Positions 1-7,533 of a stretch of 64,000 nt of DNA are shown in pieces. Source of the DNA: Patescibacteria group bacterium (GTDB lineage: Bacteria; Patescibacteriota; Minisyncoccia; Phycocordibacterales; UBA918); assembly GCA_019752815.1 (NCBI GenBank), contig JAIELQ010000006.1:1577-65576 (forward strand), given 5' to 3'. The stretch's first letter is position 1. Each line of letters begins with the position of its first letter. Made by a program: the position numbers and the translations under genes. Below the pieces are notes generated by a model, which worked only from the letters and a program-made list of their open reading frames with translations, searched no databases and was not told the DNA's origin.

Positions 1-65
1 TAGTTTAATGGATAGAATGCCAGTTTGCGGAATTGGCGATTCAGGTTCGATTCCTGGTGAGAGCA
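1..65 (+). tRNA. 3' portion of a tRNA (window begins inside the gene); anticodon loop TTGCGGA suggests tRNA-Arg(GCG)
   Basis: T-arm TCAGG-TTCGATT-CCTGG, acceptor 3' strand TGAGAGC plus discriminator A; anticodon stem CCAGT/ATTGG with 7-nt loop. 5' end lies outside the window. Confidence 0.45.
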
Positions 66-439
66 CAAATCAGCCGACCGAAACACGATAGTGTTCCGGT
101 CGTTGCTGTTTGTAGCTCTCACCAGGAATCGAAAGACGCAAGCCGGGACCCCTCCGGGCCGGCGCGTCGGGGTCGCGAACACTTACTAGATTTGGAACGC
201 AGTGAACAAATATAATTAGTGATTCGTGACCGATTCCGTACATATACAAAAATAAGCACACCAATCGGGGTCCCATTTTTGTTCGTGCTCTCACAGCAAT
301 GACTGGGAGACATTGTGGTAGGAATCGAAGCCCGATTGAGCTGGATTGGAAGCGAAGCGCACCAATCCAGCCAATTGGGATATTGAACTCGTAGAGTTCG
401 ATTCCTGGCTTCAGTGTAAAAATCTGATACCATAAAAAA

Positions 440-856
440 ATGAAAACAGACTACATGGTTATAGGGCGAACCCGTAACTCAGAAAATATACTGCGACTGA
501 TACAAGGAATAGAAGATAAAGGTTTTAGCTGCTATAACTTTTTAAGTAAACCATGTACCCCTGAATCAGATGGCTTGCCCTGGCAAGAACAAATGAATAT
601 CTTAGAATCACACCCTGATTTTTGGAATGATCCGAATCACCGCAATCATTTTGAAGATGATATGAATAGTTTACGAAACTCAGATACAATCGTATTGCTA
701 TTACCAGCGGGAATGGCAGCACATATGGAGGCGGGGGTGTCGTATGGTTTAAATAAAAGGTTGATATTAATCGGTGAGGTAGAAAAACCTGAAACACTAT
801 ATTTGATGTTTAACGAACGATATCCAGACATTGAGACCTTTTTAGCTACGCTGTAA
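440..856 (+). CDS. nucleoside 2-deoxyribosyltransferase-like (Rossmann-like) protein
   Basis: 138 aa; the motif DTIVLLLPAGMAAHMEAGVSYGLNKRLILIG resembles the NDT/YtoQ family C-terminal motif (D..G.GxE.G.A...GK). Confidence 0.4.
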   Translation: MKTDYMVIGRTRNSENILRLIQGIEDKGFSCYNFLSKPCTPESDGLPWQEQMNILESHPDFWNDPNHRNHFEDDMNSLRNSDTIVLLLPAGMAAHMEAGVSYGLNKRLILIGEVEKPETLYLMFNERYPDIETFLATL

Positions 857-893
857 TTTTGCCAACCCCCGCAAAATCCCCTACAATACGTTC

Positions 894-1274
894 ATGCGTA
901 AACTAGGAATCGACTATGGCACTAAAAAAGTAGGGTTAGCTATGACAGATGAATCAGGGAGTATGGCATTCCCACACAGTGTCATTCCAACCACTCCTGA
1001 CCTGCTTAAAAAAATAGTAGCACTTATAGACAAAGAAAAAATCGGAGAAATTGTTATTGGTCATTCGCTCGATAGGAACGGGAAACCCAATGCCGTTCAC
1101 GCTGCCGTTGAAGGTCTGATGCTTGATTTAACACTCGAAACAGGATTACCGGTACATTTACAACCCGAACAGTATACGACTCAAGCAGCTATACAGTTAC
1201 AGGGTAAGACCGCAATGACGGACGCTGCCGCCGCAGCTTTGATACTCGATTCATTTATCACTAAGAAAAAATAA
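894..1274 (+). CDS. ruvX: Holliday junction resolvase-like protein RuvX/YqgF
   Basis: N-terminal GIDYGTKKVGLA signature of the YqgF/RuvX RNase H-like fold; 126 aa. Confidence 0.85.
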   Translation: MRKLGIDYGTKKVGLAMTDESGSMAFPHSVIPTTPDLLKKIVALIDKEKIGEIVIGHSLDRNGKPNAVHAAVEGLMLDLTLETGLPVHLQPEQYTTQAAIQLQGKTAMTDAAAAALILDSFITKKK

Positions 1275-1275
1275 C

Positions 1276-1608
1276 ATGGACACCATTACCTACGAAGACT
1301 TTGCAAAATTACAGATAGTGATTGGTACAATTATTGCAGTTGAGGAAGTACCAGATTCAAATAAGTTGCTTAAATTGACGGTTGATATAGGAGGGGAGAC
1401 ACCACGGCAGATTCTGTCGGGGATTAAAAAATACTTTAGTGACCCACAATCCCTCGTTGGGGTGCAAACACCCTTTTTAATAAACTTGGAGACAAAAGTA
1501 ATCGCGGGCCTAGAAAGTCATGGTATGATTTTAGCCGCCAGTAACGACGCAGAATTTGCGCTTCTGACATTAAGTCAGCCACTCCCGTCGGGATCAAGTG
1601 TGCGATAG
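1276..1608 (+). CDS. stand-alone tRNA-binding (EMAP/Myf/CsaA-like) domain protein
   Basis: 110 aa; FAKLQIVIGTIIAVEEVPDSNKLLKLTVDIGGE is typical of the tRNA-binding OB-fold found at the MetRS C-terminus and in CsaA. The MetRS in this window lacks that domain. Confidence 0.7.
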   Translation: MDTITYEDFAKLQIVIGTIIAVEEVPDSNKLLKLTVDIGGETPRQILSGIKKYFSDPQSLVGVQTPFLINLETKVIAGLESHGMILAASNDAEFALLTLSQPLPSGSSVR

Positions 1609-1613
1609 TAAAA

Positions 1614-1644
1614 AATCTCATGCCTATGTGCATGAGATTTTTAT
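1614..1644 (+). terminator. intrinsic terminator hairpin
   Basis: ATCTCATGC-ctatgtg-CATGAGAT followed by TTTTTAT. Confidence 0.6.
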
Positions 1645-1668
1645 GTGAGTTAGACGTGTAATTCACTG

Positions 1669-2787
1669 ATGCGAGAGCGTATAATGATAGCAATGAATGC
1701 CCTTTCGTTGTTTGAAAAAATTATTCCGCCACCGTCATACATCATGATGGAGAGTGTTGGTGTAGATATCTCGGACACGTCACTAAAATATATAAAATTT
1801 TCCAGTAGCGGCCATGTTGCAGCAAAGAATAAGTTGCAATTGTGGGGCGAGGTAGAAATCCCTGATGGTGTACTAAAACGGGGTCAGGTTTCTGATCAAA
1901 AAAAGCTCACGAGTGTACTGGAAGAATTTAAGAATTTGACGAAAGCAGAATACGTTCGGGTTTCTTTGCCTGAAGAAAAAGCGTATTTGTTTGAAACAGA
2001 AATTAAACGTTCAACGCCTGCCAAAGAAATTAGAGGACTCCTCGAGTTCCGTCTCGAAGAAAATGTACCCATTCCTGCCAAAGAAGCATTTTTTGACTAT
2101 GATATTTTAGAGAGTGACACAACTGATAAGTCGTTGCGCATAGTTGTAGCAGCGTACGCTCGGGATACTATTTTAAACTACTATGATGCATGTCTCGGGG
2201 CTAAACTAATTCCCGTTTCATTTGAAGTAGAGGCTCAAGCCATGGTGCGGTCCGCTCTTCCGGTGGATTGTGCTGGCGCACACATGTTAGTGGATTTTGG
2301 TAAAACCAGAACCGGTATTGGAATTGTGCTTGACGGAGTACTAATGTATACCTCGACTATCGATTTTGGTGGTAATCAATTGTCAGATATTTTGCGTAAG
2401 GAGCTTGGTAACTTATCAGAAGCTGAACTTACTGACATAAAAAATAATCAGGGATTGATTAAAGGAGTAGGGGATACCGTTTGCTATGATGCACTGATTT
2501 CAACCATTTCAGTTATCAAAGATGAAATTGAATCAAGGATTCAGTATTGGCACGCTGGCGATTATAAACAGACGGCTCGCCGTATCCAATCAATAACACT
2601 CTGTGGTGGTAGTGTAAATTTAAAAGGACTACCAGAATATTTTACTGAGGTGTTAGGAATTAAAACAGTGCGCGCAAATGTGTGGCAAAACGCTTTTTCG
2701 CTAGACGATGTAGTGCCGCCAATTGATCTCCGACATTCATACGGTTACGCCACGGCTATTGGGCTTGCTCTTAAAAAAACGGTATAG
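1669..2787 (+). CDS. pilM: type IV pilus assembly ATPase-fold protein PilM (true start may be the internal Met near 1693)
   Basis: Actin-like fold pattern (GVDISDTSLKYIKF ... VDFGKTRTGIGIV) in PilM-N-O gene order. Confidence 0.7.
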   Translation: MRERIMIAMNALSLFEKIIPPPSYIMMESVGVDISDTSLKYIKFSSSGHVAAKNKLQLWGEVEIPDGVLKRGQVSDQKKLTSVLEEFKNLTKAEYVRVSLPEEKAYLFETEIKRSTPAKEIRGLLEFRLEENVPIPAKEAFFDYDILESDTTDKSLRIVVAAYARDTILNYYDACLGAKLIPVSFEVEAQAMVRSALPVDCAGAHMLVDFGKTRTGIGIVLDGVLMYTSTIDFGGNQLSDILRKELGNLSEAELTDIKNNQGLIKGVGDTVCYDALISTISVIKDEIESRIQYWHAGDYKQTARRIQSITLCGGSVNLKGLPEYFTEVLGIKTVRANVWQNAFSLDDVVPPIDLRHSYGYATAIGLALKKTV

Positions 2788-2789
2788 CT

Positions 2790-3332
2790 ATGATTAATCT
2801 TATTCCACCAAGTGCAAAAAAAAGTATCGCGTTCGAGTATTGGAAGCGGGTAGCCGCTGTGTGGCTTGCTCTTGTTAGTTGTGCGTTTGTAATTCTCTCG
2901 GTGTTCTTACTCCCAACACATATTGCCTTACGGTCGGAAATTGGGTATCTGGAAGAAACAGTATCTGCCGGTTCGGCTCGAGTTTCAAATTATGATATTT
3001 CATCAACTGAATTAATTGCAGCTACAAACCAAGCACGATTGCTCCTGGATAATGCGACTACCACTATTCCTTCTGATTTGATTACTGCACTTACCCAGTA
3101 TGCGGGTAGTAATGTAGCGCTTAATAACTTTCAATTCGTAAAACTAACTTCCACCCCTTCTATAACTCTGGCGGGATTAGCAGCTACGCGTCAGGATCTG
3201 GCTCAGTTTCGTGATGCGGTAGCGGCAGATGCTCGGTTCGCTACGGTTGATTTGCCAATTTCAAATTTAATTAAAGACAAAGATCTGCTGTTTAGTATGG
3301 AGATTACGTTGGCAACTAGTACACGCTTATGA
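2790..3332 (+). CDS. pilN: type IV pilus assembly protein PilN (single-TM)
   Basis: 180 aa with an N-terminal TM helix after a short cytoplasmic tail, immediately after pilM with a 2-nt gap. Confidence 0.6.
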   Translation: MINLIPPSAKKSIAFEYWKRVAAVWLALVSCAFVILSVFLLPTHIALRSEIGYLEETVSAGSARVSNYDISSTELIAATNQARLLLDNATTTIPSDLITALTQYAGSNVALNNFQFVKLTSTPSITLAGLAATRQDLAQFRDAVAADARFATVDLPISNLIKDKDLLFSMEITLATSTRL

Positions 3333-3862
3333 ACAAAAAATCCCACACATTTTTAATTGTCGCCACTATCTGTTTTTTGGTTTCTGCCAGTGTATTTCTC
3401 TATGCGCTCTACGAGGTAAATAAGCAGGGAGTACGCTATGCTGAATCTAAAAAATTAATCGGCGAGCAAACAGCCAAAGAAGCGTCGTACAATACGGTGC
3501 AAAGTTTGTTGGAATCTACTCGCGACGATAGGGCACAGATCAAAAGTTTATTTATTGAGGAAGATGACACTATTTCATTTATCTCAGAAATTGAAAAAAA
3601 TACAGGCATTGTGGGTGTGGCACTGACTACGAACGAGTTGTCAATTATGCCGAGTACTACTGATACAAATGGCGTCACCTCACCTGCCTTGCTGCTCGTA
3701 GGGTTTGATTTTTCGGGGTCGCAAAATGCAGTGTGGCAGTATCTTACGCTGCTTGAAAACATACCCTACCATAAACAGATGACCCAGATATCGTTTGTAA
3801 AATCAGATAATAATCTTTGGAAAGCTAATGTTAAAATGCAACTAACACTCCGGTATGATTGA
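3329..3862 (+). CDS. pilO: type IV pilus assembly protein PilO-like
   Basis: 177 aa, N-terminal TM helix; overlaps the pilN stop by 4 nt. Confidence 0.5.
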   Translation: MNKKSHTFLIVATICFLVSASVFLYALYEVNKQGVRYAESKKLIGEQTAKEASYNTVQSLLESTRDDRAQIKSLFIEEDDTISFISEIEKNTGIVGVALTTNELSIMPSTTDTNGVTSPALLLVGFDFSGSQNAVWQYLTLLENIPYHKQMTQISFVKSDNNLWKANVKMQLTLRYD

Positions 3863-4307
3863 ATCTAAAGATATTAAAAAAATGGTACAGCATATCCTGA
3901 GAAGGGATAAAGGTATTGCCGATACCCAAATTATGCACCCCACTCGAGAGTGGTTTACCGGTCTCGCAATTACTCTTGGTATGGTAGTTTTGGGCTCATG
4001 GTTTTGTTACTACTTGTATTCGTTTCATCATAACGAAATGAAAAAAGAAGTAGTGATTATTGAGCAGGCAGTGCCATATCAAGCGGCAACGGTAAAAAGT
4101 GCCCTTGAGGTATTTGCAACTAAACAAGAGAAGTATAATGAAATTTTAGGTGGTGGAATGAACGATATTCCTGTGTCAGTAGCAACAACAACCACTCCAG
4201 TCGAGGTTAGTGCTACTTCAACCGAAGAGATTCCAGAATTGATTGTGGATCCGGCACCTATTTTTGAGGATGACGGAACACCAATTGAAGCAACTTTGAC
4301 TCCATAG
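3855..4307 (+). CDS. membrane-anchored protein, possibly PilP-like pilus assembly component
   Basis: 150 aa, TM helix at about 40-60, Thr/Pro-rich C-terminal region; 8-nt overlap with pilO. Confidence 0.35.
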   Translation: MIESKDIKKMVQHILRRDKGIADTQIMHPTREWFTGLAITLGMVVLGSWFCYYLYSFHHNEMKKEVVIIEQAVPYQAATVKSALEVFATKQEKYNEILGGGMNDIPVSVATTTTPVEVSATSTEEIPELIVDPAPIFEDDGTPIEATLTP

Positions 4308-4419
4308 AAGAGGGGCAGAAAACTACTTGTAAGAGTGGTTTTTTGTTTGTGCTTCAACTAGGAGTAATCCTGACGGTCACCAAGCTATAGTGTTTTGTTT
4401 AAACCCGATTTGTTTTGTG

Positions 4420-4491
4420 TGCCTCTGCTAGGAATCGAACCTAGAATAACGGCTTAGAAGTCCGCAGTTATATCCATTTAACTACAAAGGC
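4420..4491 (-). tRNA. tRNA-Arg(TCT)
   Basis: Reverse complement GCCTTTGTAGTTAAATGGATATAACTGCGGACTTCTAAGCCGTTATTCTAGGTTCGATTCCTAGCAGAGGCA. The acceptor stem pairs and the T-loop is TTCGATT. Reading the anticodon loop as CTTCTAA (U33 then TCT) is loose because the flanking stem pairs poorly. Confidence 0.75.
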
Positions 4492-4607
4492 AAGTGAAGA
4501 ACAAAGTGGAAATTCCTTTACATTTGGTTTCTGAGCGTCGCTTTTGAAAGCTTTGCTTACAAAGGCATTTATTTAGGAATTTTTACCACCGGAATCGAAC
4601 TCTACGA

Positions 4608-4662
4608 GTTCAGTACAGGTTGTCAGTATTTTATTGCATTAATGCATAAAATACTAGGCAAC
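4608..4662. repeat. family-A palindromic element (GGTTGCC...GACAACC outer stem, inverted orientation, long inner hairpin)
   Basis: TTCAGTACAGGTTGTC-[AGTATTTTATTGCATTAATGCATAAAATACT]-AGGCAACC, preceded by a tRNA T-arm-like fragment GGAATCGAACTCTACGAG. Confidence 0.6.
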
Positions 4663-4689
4663 CTCCTGAAACAGTTTCCCAAACTGTTT

Positions 4690-4745
4690 CAGCCTAGAAT
4701 AACGGCTTAGAAGTCCGCAGTTATATCCATTTAACTACCAGGGCA
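4690..4745 (-). pseudogene. partial duplicate of tRNA-Arg(TCT) (5' half through anticodon/variable region; T-arm and 3' acceptor missing)
   Basis: Reverse complement TGCCCTGGTAGTTAAATGGATATAACTGCGGACTTCTAAGCCGTTATTCTAGGCT is near-identical to 4436-4491. A third, shorter fragment lies at about 4751-4779. Confidence 0.6.
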
Positions 4746-4874
4746 ATTTTTACTTAGAAGTCCACAGTTATATCTATAGGACTATCAAAAGTGCTGGCAT
4801 CACAATAGCAGAAAATGTTCCAACTTCAAATATTGAAAATGGCTCGCGCGATGCGCGAGCCATTGATTAAGATT

Positions 4875-5036
4875 TCAGATTGATGCCCAATCCCGAAAGA
4901 TTGGCTGTTCTACCTGTTTGGTGGCCGAACCCGAACCTTGTTGTTGCTGAGACTTCCCAGTTGGTCGTTTGGTTTCGCTGCTGCCACCCTGCTGTTGTGA
5001 AGAGCTTTCTCCGCCACCTTGTTGTGGTGTTGTCAT
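4875..5036 (-). CDS. small Gln/Gly/Ser-rich hypothetical protein (53 aa), below the ORF-track size cutoff
   Basis: ATG preceded by the strong SD AAGAGGAT 7 nt upstream; translation MTTPQQGGGESSSQQQGGSSETKRPTGKSQQQQGSGSATKQVEQPIFRDWASI. A perfect hairpin GGCTCGCGC-gat-GCGCGAGCC lies just downstream, at 4843-4863. Confidence 0.3.
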   Translation of the reverse strand: MTTPQQGGGESSSQQQGGSSETKRPTGKSQQQQGSGSATKQVEQPIFRDWASI

Positions 5037-5158
5037 GATTTAATCCTCTTTTCGACGTTGTCCCTCGTTGGACGTTTGTTTATAGTACGCCTGGTAGTTA
5101 GAGAGGGCCAGCGGAGGGGTGTGTTTAAGTGTTTGCATAAACGAGCGATGAGAGGCTC

Positions 5159-5210
5159 GGTCACGAATCACTAAGTATAATTCATCACTACGTTCAAATT
5201 CTACTAAGTG
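5159..5210. repeat. family-B repeat (GGTCACGAATCACTAAGTATAATT...CTACTAAGTG)
   Basis: Copies at about 180-240 (inverted), 5159-5210, 5335-5393 and 10288-10345 (inverted). Confidence 0.6.
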
Positions 5211-5221
5211 TTCTTGACCAC

Positions 5222-5292
5222 GACTCGACTGTCGCAAAGCGACATGTCTCCGTCTTTCGAGCCTCTCCGCAAGCAAAGCAGTTTGCTTGCTC
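5222..5292. repeat. family-C structured repeat (GACTCGACTGTCGCAAAGCGACATGTC...CCGCAAGCAAAGCAGTTTGCTTGC)
   Basis: Second copy at 24237-24310 and a partial third at about 5475-5517. The two contained hairpins carry compensatory substitutions between copies. Confidence 0.6.
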
Positions 5293-5400
5293 ATCGCGCA
5301 CAAAACAAAAAAGCTTTTGCCCCGCCTGTGGTCACCAGTCACTAAGTATATTTGTTCGCCTTCAGCTCCAAATCTACTAAGTGCTGTCGAACCTTATAGG

Positions 5401-5443
5401 TTCAGTACAGGTTGTCGCAGTTTTTTTAAAACAGCTGGCAACC
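5401..5443. repeat. family-A palindromic element (inverted orientation)
   Basis: TTCAGTACAGGTTGTCGCAGTTTTTTTAAAACAGCTGGCAACC is the reverse complement of GGTTGCCAGCTGTTTTAAAAAAACTGCGACAACCTGTACTGAA. Confidence 0.6.
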
Positions 5444-5510
5444 TCTTGCGAAATTGGTCCCATCCCATTTCTCACCCGACTCAACTGTCGCAAAGCGACA
5501 TGTTTCCGTC

Positions 5511-5577
5511 TCGCACCAACGCAAATCATAAAACACCACTCTAGCTAGAGTGGTGTTTTATGATTTGCGTTGGTGCG
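5511..5577. repeat. 33-bp perfect inverted repeat (cruciform/terminator) abutting the tRNA-Val 3' end
   Basis: CGCACCAACGCAAATCATAAAACACCACTCTAG | CTAGAGTGGTGTTTTATGATTTGCGTTGGTGCG. Confidence 0.7.
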
Positions 5578-5646
5578 CGATGAGAGGCTCGAACTCCCGA
5601 CCTTTTCAGTGTAAATGAACTGCTCTACCAACTGAGCTAATCGCGC
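5574..5646 (-). tRNA. tRNA-Val(TAC)
   Basis: Reverse complement GCGCGATTAGCTCAGTTGGTAGAGCAGTTCATTTACACTGAAAAGGTCGGGAGTTCGAGCCTCTCATCGCGCA. Canonical D-loop, anticodon loop TTTACAC, T-loop TTCGAGC. Confidence 0.8.
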
Positions 5647-5741
5647 GATCAACTTGGGTTAACCAAGGTACGCCTATAGTACCTGGTTTTAAAATAAATT
5701 CAATACCAAATGGCCTAATTCAGAAGTATACTAATACCTAT

Positions 5742-6014
5742 ATGACAGAATTGTATGCCGTAATAACGGGGAAGGTGCAAGGGGTGCGGTATCGAGACTA
5801 TGTGCAGGTTTCGGCAGGGAAGCTTGGTTTAACCGGTTTTGTGCGAAATAACCGAGACGGCAGCGTCACGGTAGTTGCTCATGGAATGCCAGATGATCTG
5901 AAGCTATTTGTTGAATACCTCCATGAGGGTTCATTATTATCAAAAGTAGAAGGGGTGGCAGTTGAATGGCGGACTGCTCAAACAACGTTTGATGATTTTG
6001 CTACGCTACAATAG
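5742..6014 (+). CDS. acyP: acylphosphatase
   Basis: 90 aa; VxGxVQGVxYR acylphosphatase signature (ITGKVQGVRYRDYV ... GFVRNNRDGSV). Confidence 0.8.
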   Translation: MTELYAVITGKVQGVRYRDYVQVSAGKLGLTGFVRNNRDGSVTVVAHGMPDDLKLFVEYLHEGSLLSKVEGVAVEWRTAQTTFDDFATLQ

Positions 6015-6019
6015 TTACT

Positions 6020-6721
6020 ATGTTAGAAAATCCCCTAAGTACAACCCCAGTTGTCCCTCAGTGTGTGGGATTTATTATGGATGGTAATCGCAGGTGGGCA
6101 AAAGAACAAAATTTCGCAACTCTTGATGGACATAAGGCAGGTGAGAGTATTTTTTACGATTCAGCCCAATGGGTTAAGGAATTATGTATTCCACACGCTG
6201 TGTATTATGCATTTTCTACTGAGAATTGGCAGCGTAACCCAGCAGAAGTCAGTTACTTGATGCAGTTATTTGAATTATTTCTTGAGCGTATGCTTGGTGA
6301 GATTACTGAAGTGCAGGTTCGGGTGAAGGTGGTTGGTGCACGTGCAGACTTTTCAGTACATCTTCAATCATTGATTGAACGTTTGGAGACAGTAAGCGAG
6401 CAGTATACTAAAACTACTATTTGGGTAGCGCTCTCGTACGGTGGACGGGCTGATATTGTCTCAGCCTGTAATCAGGCCATAGAAGCAGGAGTACCCGTTA
6501 ATGAAGAAAGTTTTGGTCGATACCTACAAACGAACGGTATGCCGGATCCGGATTTAATTATTCGTACGAGTGGCGAACAGCGCCTATCTAATTTTCTACC
6601 CTGGCAATCTGTCTACAGCGAGCTCTTTTTCACTGATACCTATTGGCCGGCATTTACTAAAGAGGAATTTACGCGTATTGTAGGCCAATATGGAGACAGA
6701 CAAAGGCGTCGAGGCAAATAA
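6020..6721 (+). CDS. uppS: undecaprenyl diphosphate synthase (cis-isoprenyl transferase)
   Basis: GFIMDGNRRWA motif plus the C-terminal RTSGEQRLSNFLPWQ motif. Confidence 0.85.
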   Translation: MLENPLSTTPVVPQCVGFIMDGNRRWAKEQNFATLDGHKAGESIFYDSAQWVKELCIPHAVYYAFSTENWQRNPAEVSYLMQLFELFLERMLGEITEVQVRVKVVGARADFSVHLQSLIERLETVSEQYTKTTIWVALSYGGRADIVSACNQAIEAGVPVNEESFGRYLQTNGMPDPDLIIRTSGEQRLSNFLPWQSVYSELFFTDTYWPAFTKEEFTRIVGQYGDRQRRRGK

Positions 6722-7469
6722 TATAGCAAATCCAATCGTAATCTACGAAGACACAGAGGTCCTGGTGGTTAATAAACCATATGGGATGCTCGTGCATGAG
6801 GATTGGCAAAAGAGTGATACCCCAACATTGGTAGAGTGGTTTTTAGCGCGCGTGCCAACTGCCCAGGGTGTAGGGGAAGCAACGGCAACTCCTGATGGAA
6901 AGCCGCTTGAACGATCAGGCGTGGTACATCGCCTGGATCGAGAAACTTCGGGGGTAATTATCTTAGCTAAAACGCCTGAAGCACACGCACACTTAAAAGC
7001 ACAATTTCATGACCGTTTAGTTAATAAAGAGTATCGGGCGTTTGTGTACGGTCGTATGCATGAACGATGGGGTAGTATCGATCGACCGATTGGTCGGAGT
7101 AATAAAGATTTTAGATTGCGCTCTGCCCAACGGGGTGCCAGAGGTACATTGCGCCAAGCCTTAACTGAATGGGAGCGGATAGCTACTGGTGAGTACGAAG
7201 GACAAAATTTTTCGTATTTAAAACTTAATCCTAAAACCGGCCGTACCCACCAGCTGCGGGTACACCTAAAAGCTAATGATCGGCCCATTGTCCAAGATGT
7301 GCTCTATTCAGGAAAATTACGCCACCAATCAAACAATTTAGGACTCACTCGGTTGGCACTCCATGCCCATATACTGGAAATCGTATTACCAAACGGTAGC
7401 AAAGAGCGTTTTATCGCCCCAGTACCTCATGAATTTGAGTTAGCTGCTGAGAGAATCTCAGAAGTCTAG
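6690..7469 (+). CDS. RluA-family pseudouridine synthase
   Basis: HRLDRETSGVIILAKT catalytic Asp motif; C-terminal HQLRVH. Confidence 0.7.
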   Translation: METDKGVEANNIANPIVIYEDTEVLVVNKPYGMLVHEDWQKSDTPTLVEWFLARVPTAQGVGEATATPDGKPLERSGVVHRLDRETSGVIILAKTPEAHAHLKAQFHDRLVNKEYRAFVYGRMHERWGSIDRPIGRSNKDFRLRSAQRGARGTLRQALTEWERIATGEYEGQNFSYLKLNPKTGRTHQLRVHLKANDRPIVQDVLYSGKLRHQSNNLGLTRLALHAHILEIVLPNGSKERFIAPVPHEFELAAERISEV

Positions 7470-7533
7470 GCTGTATTGCACTTAGGAAAGGCTTGTGGTA
7501 GATTATGGCACGTTTTAGACGCTTTATATTATT

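Noticed and set aside
4560-4800. Possible CRISPR array (repeated similar units near the tRNA-Arg fragments)
   Set aside because: The repeated units are partial tRNA copies and palindromes of different lengths with irregular spacing, and no cas genes are present.
5040-5342. 100-aa minus ORF in the repeat region
   Set aside because: It is built almost entirely from family-B/C repeat sequence. An EHL..ERS-like peptide also appears in ORF 33-215 for the same reason, so it is an artefact.
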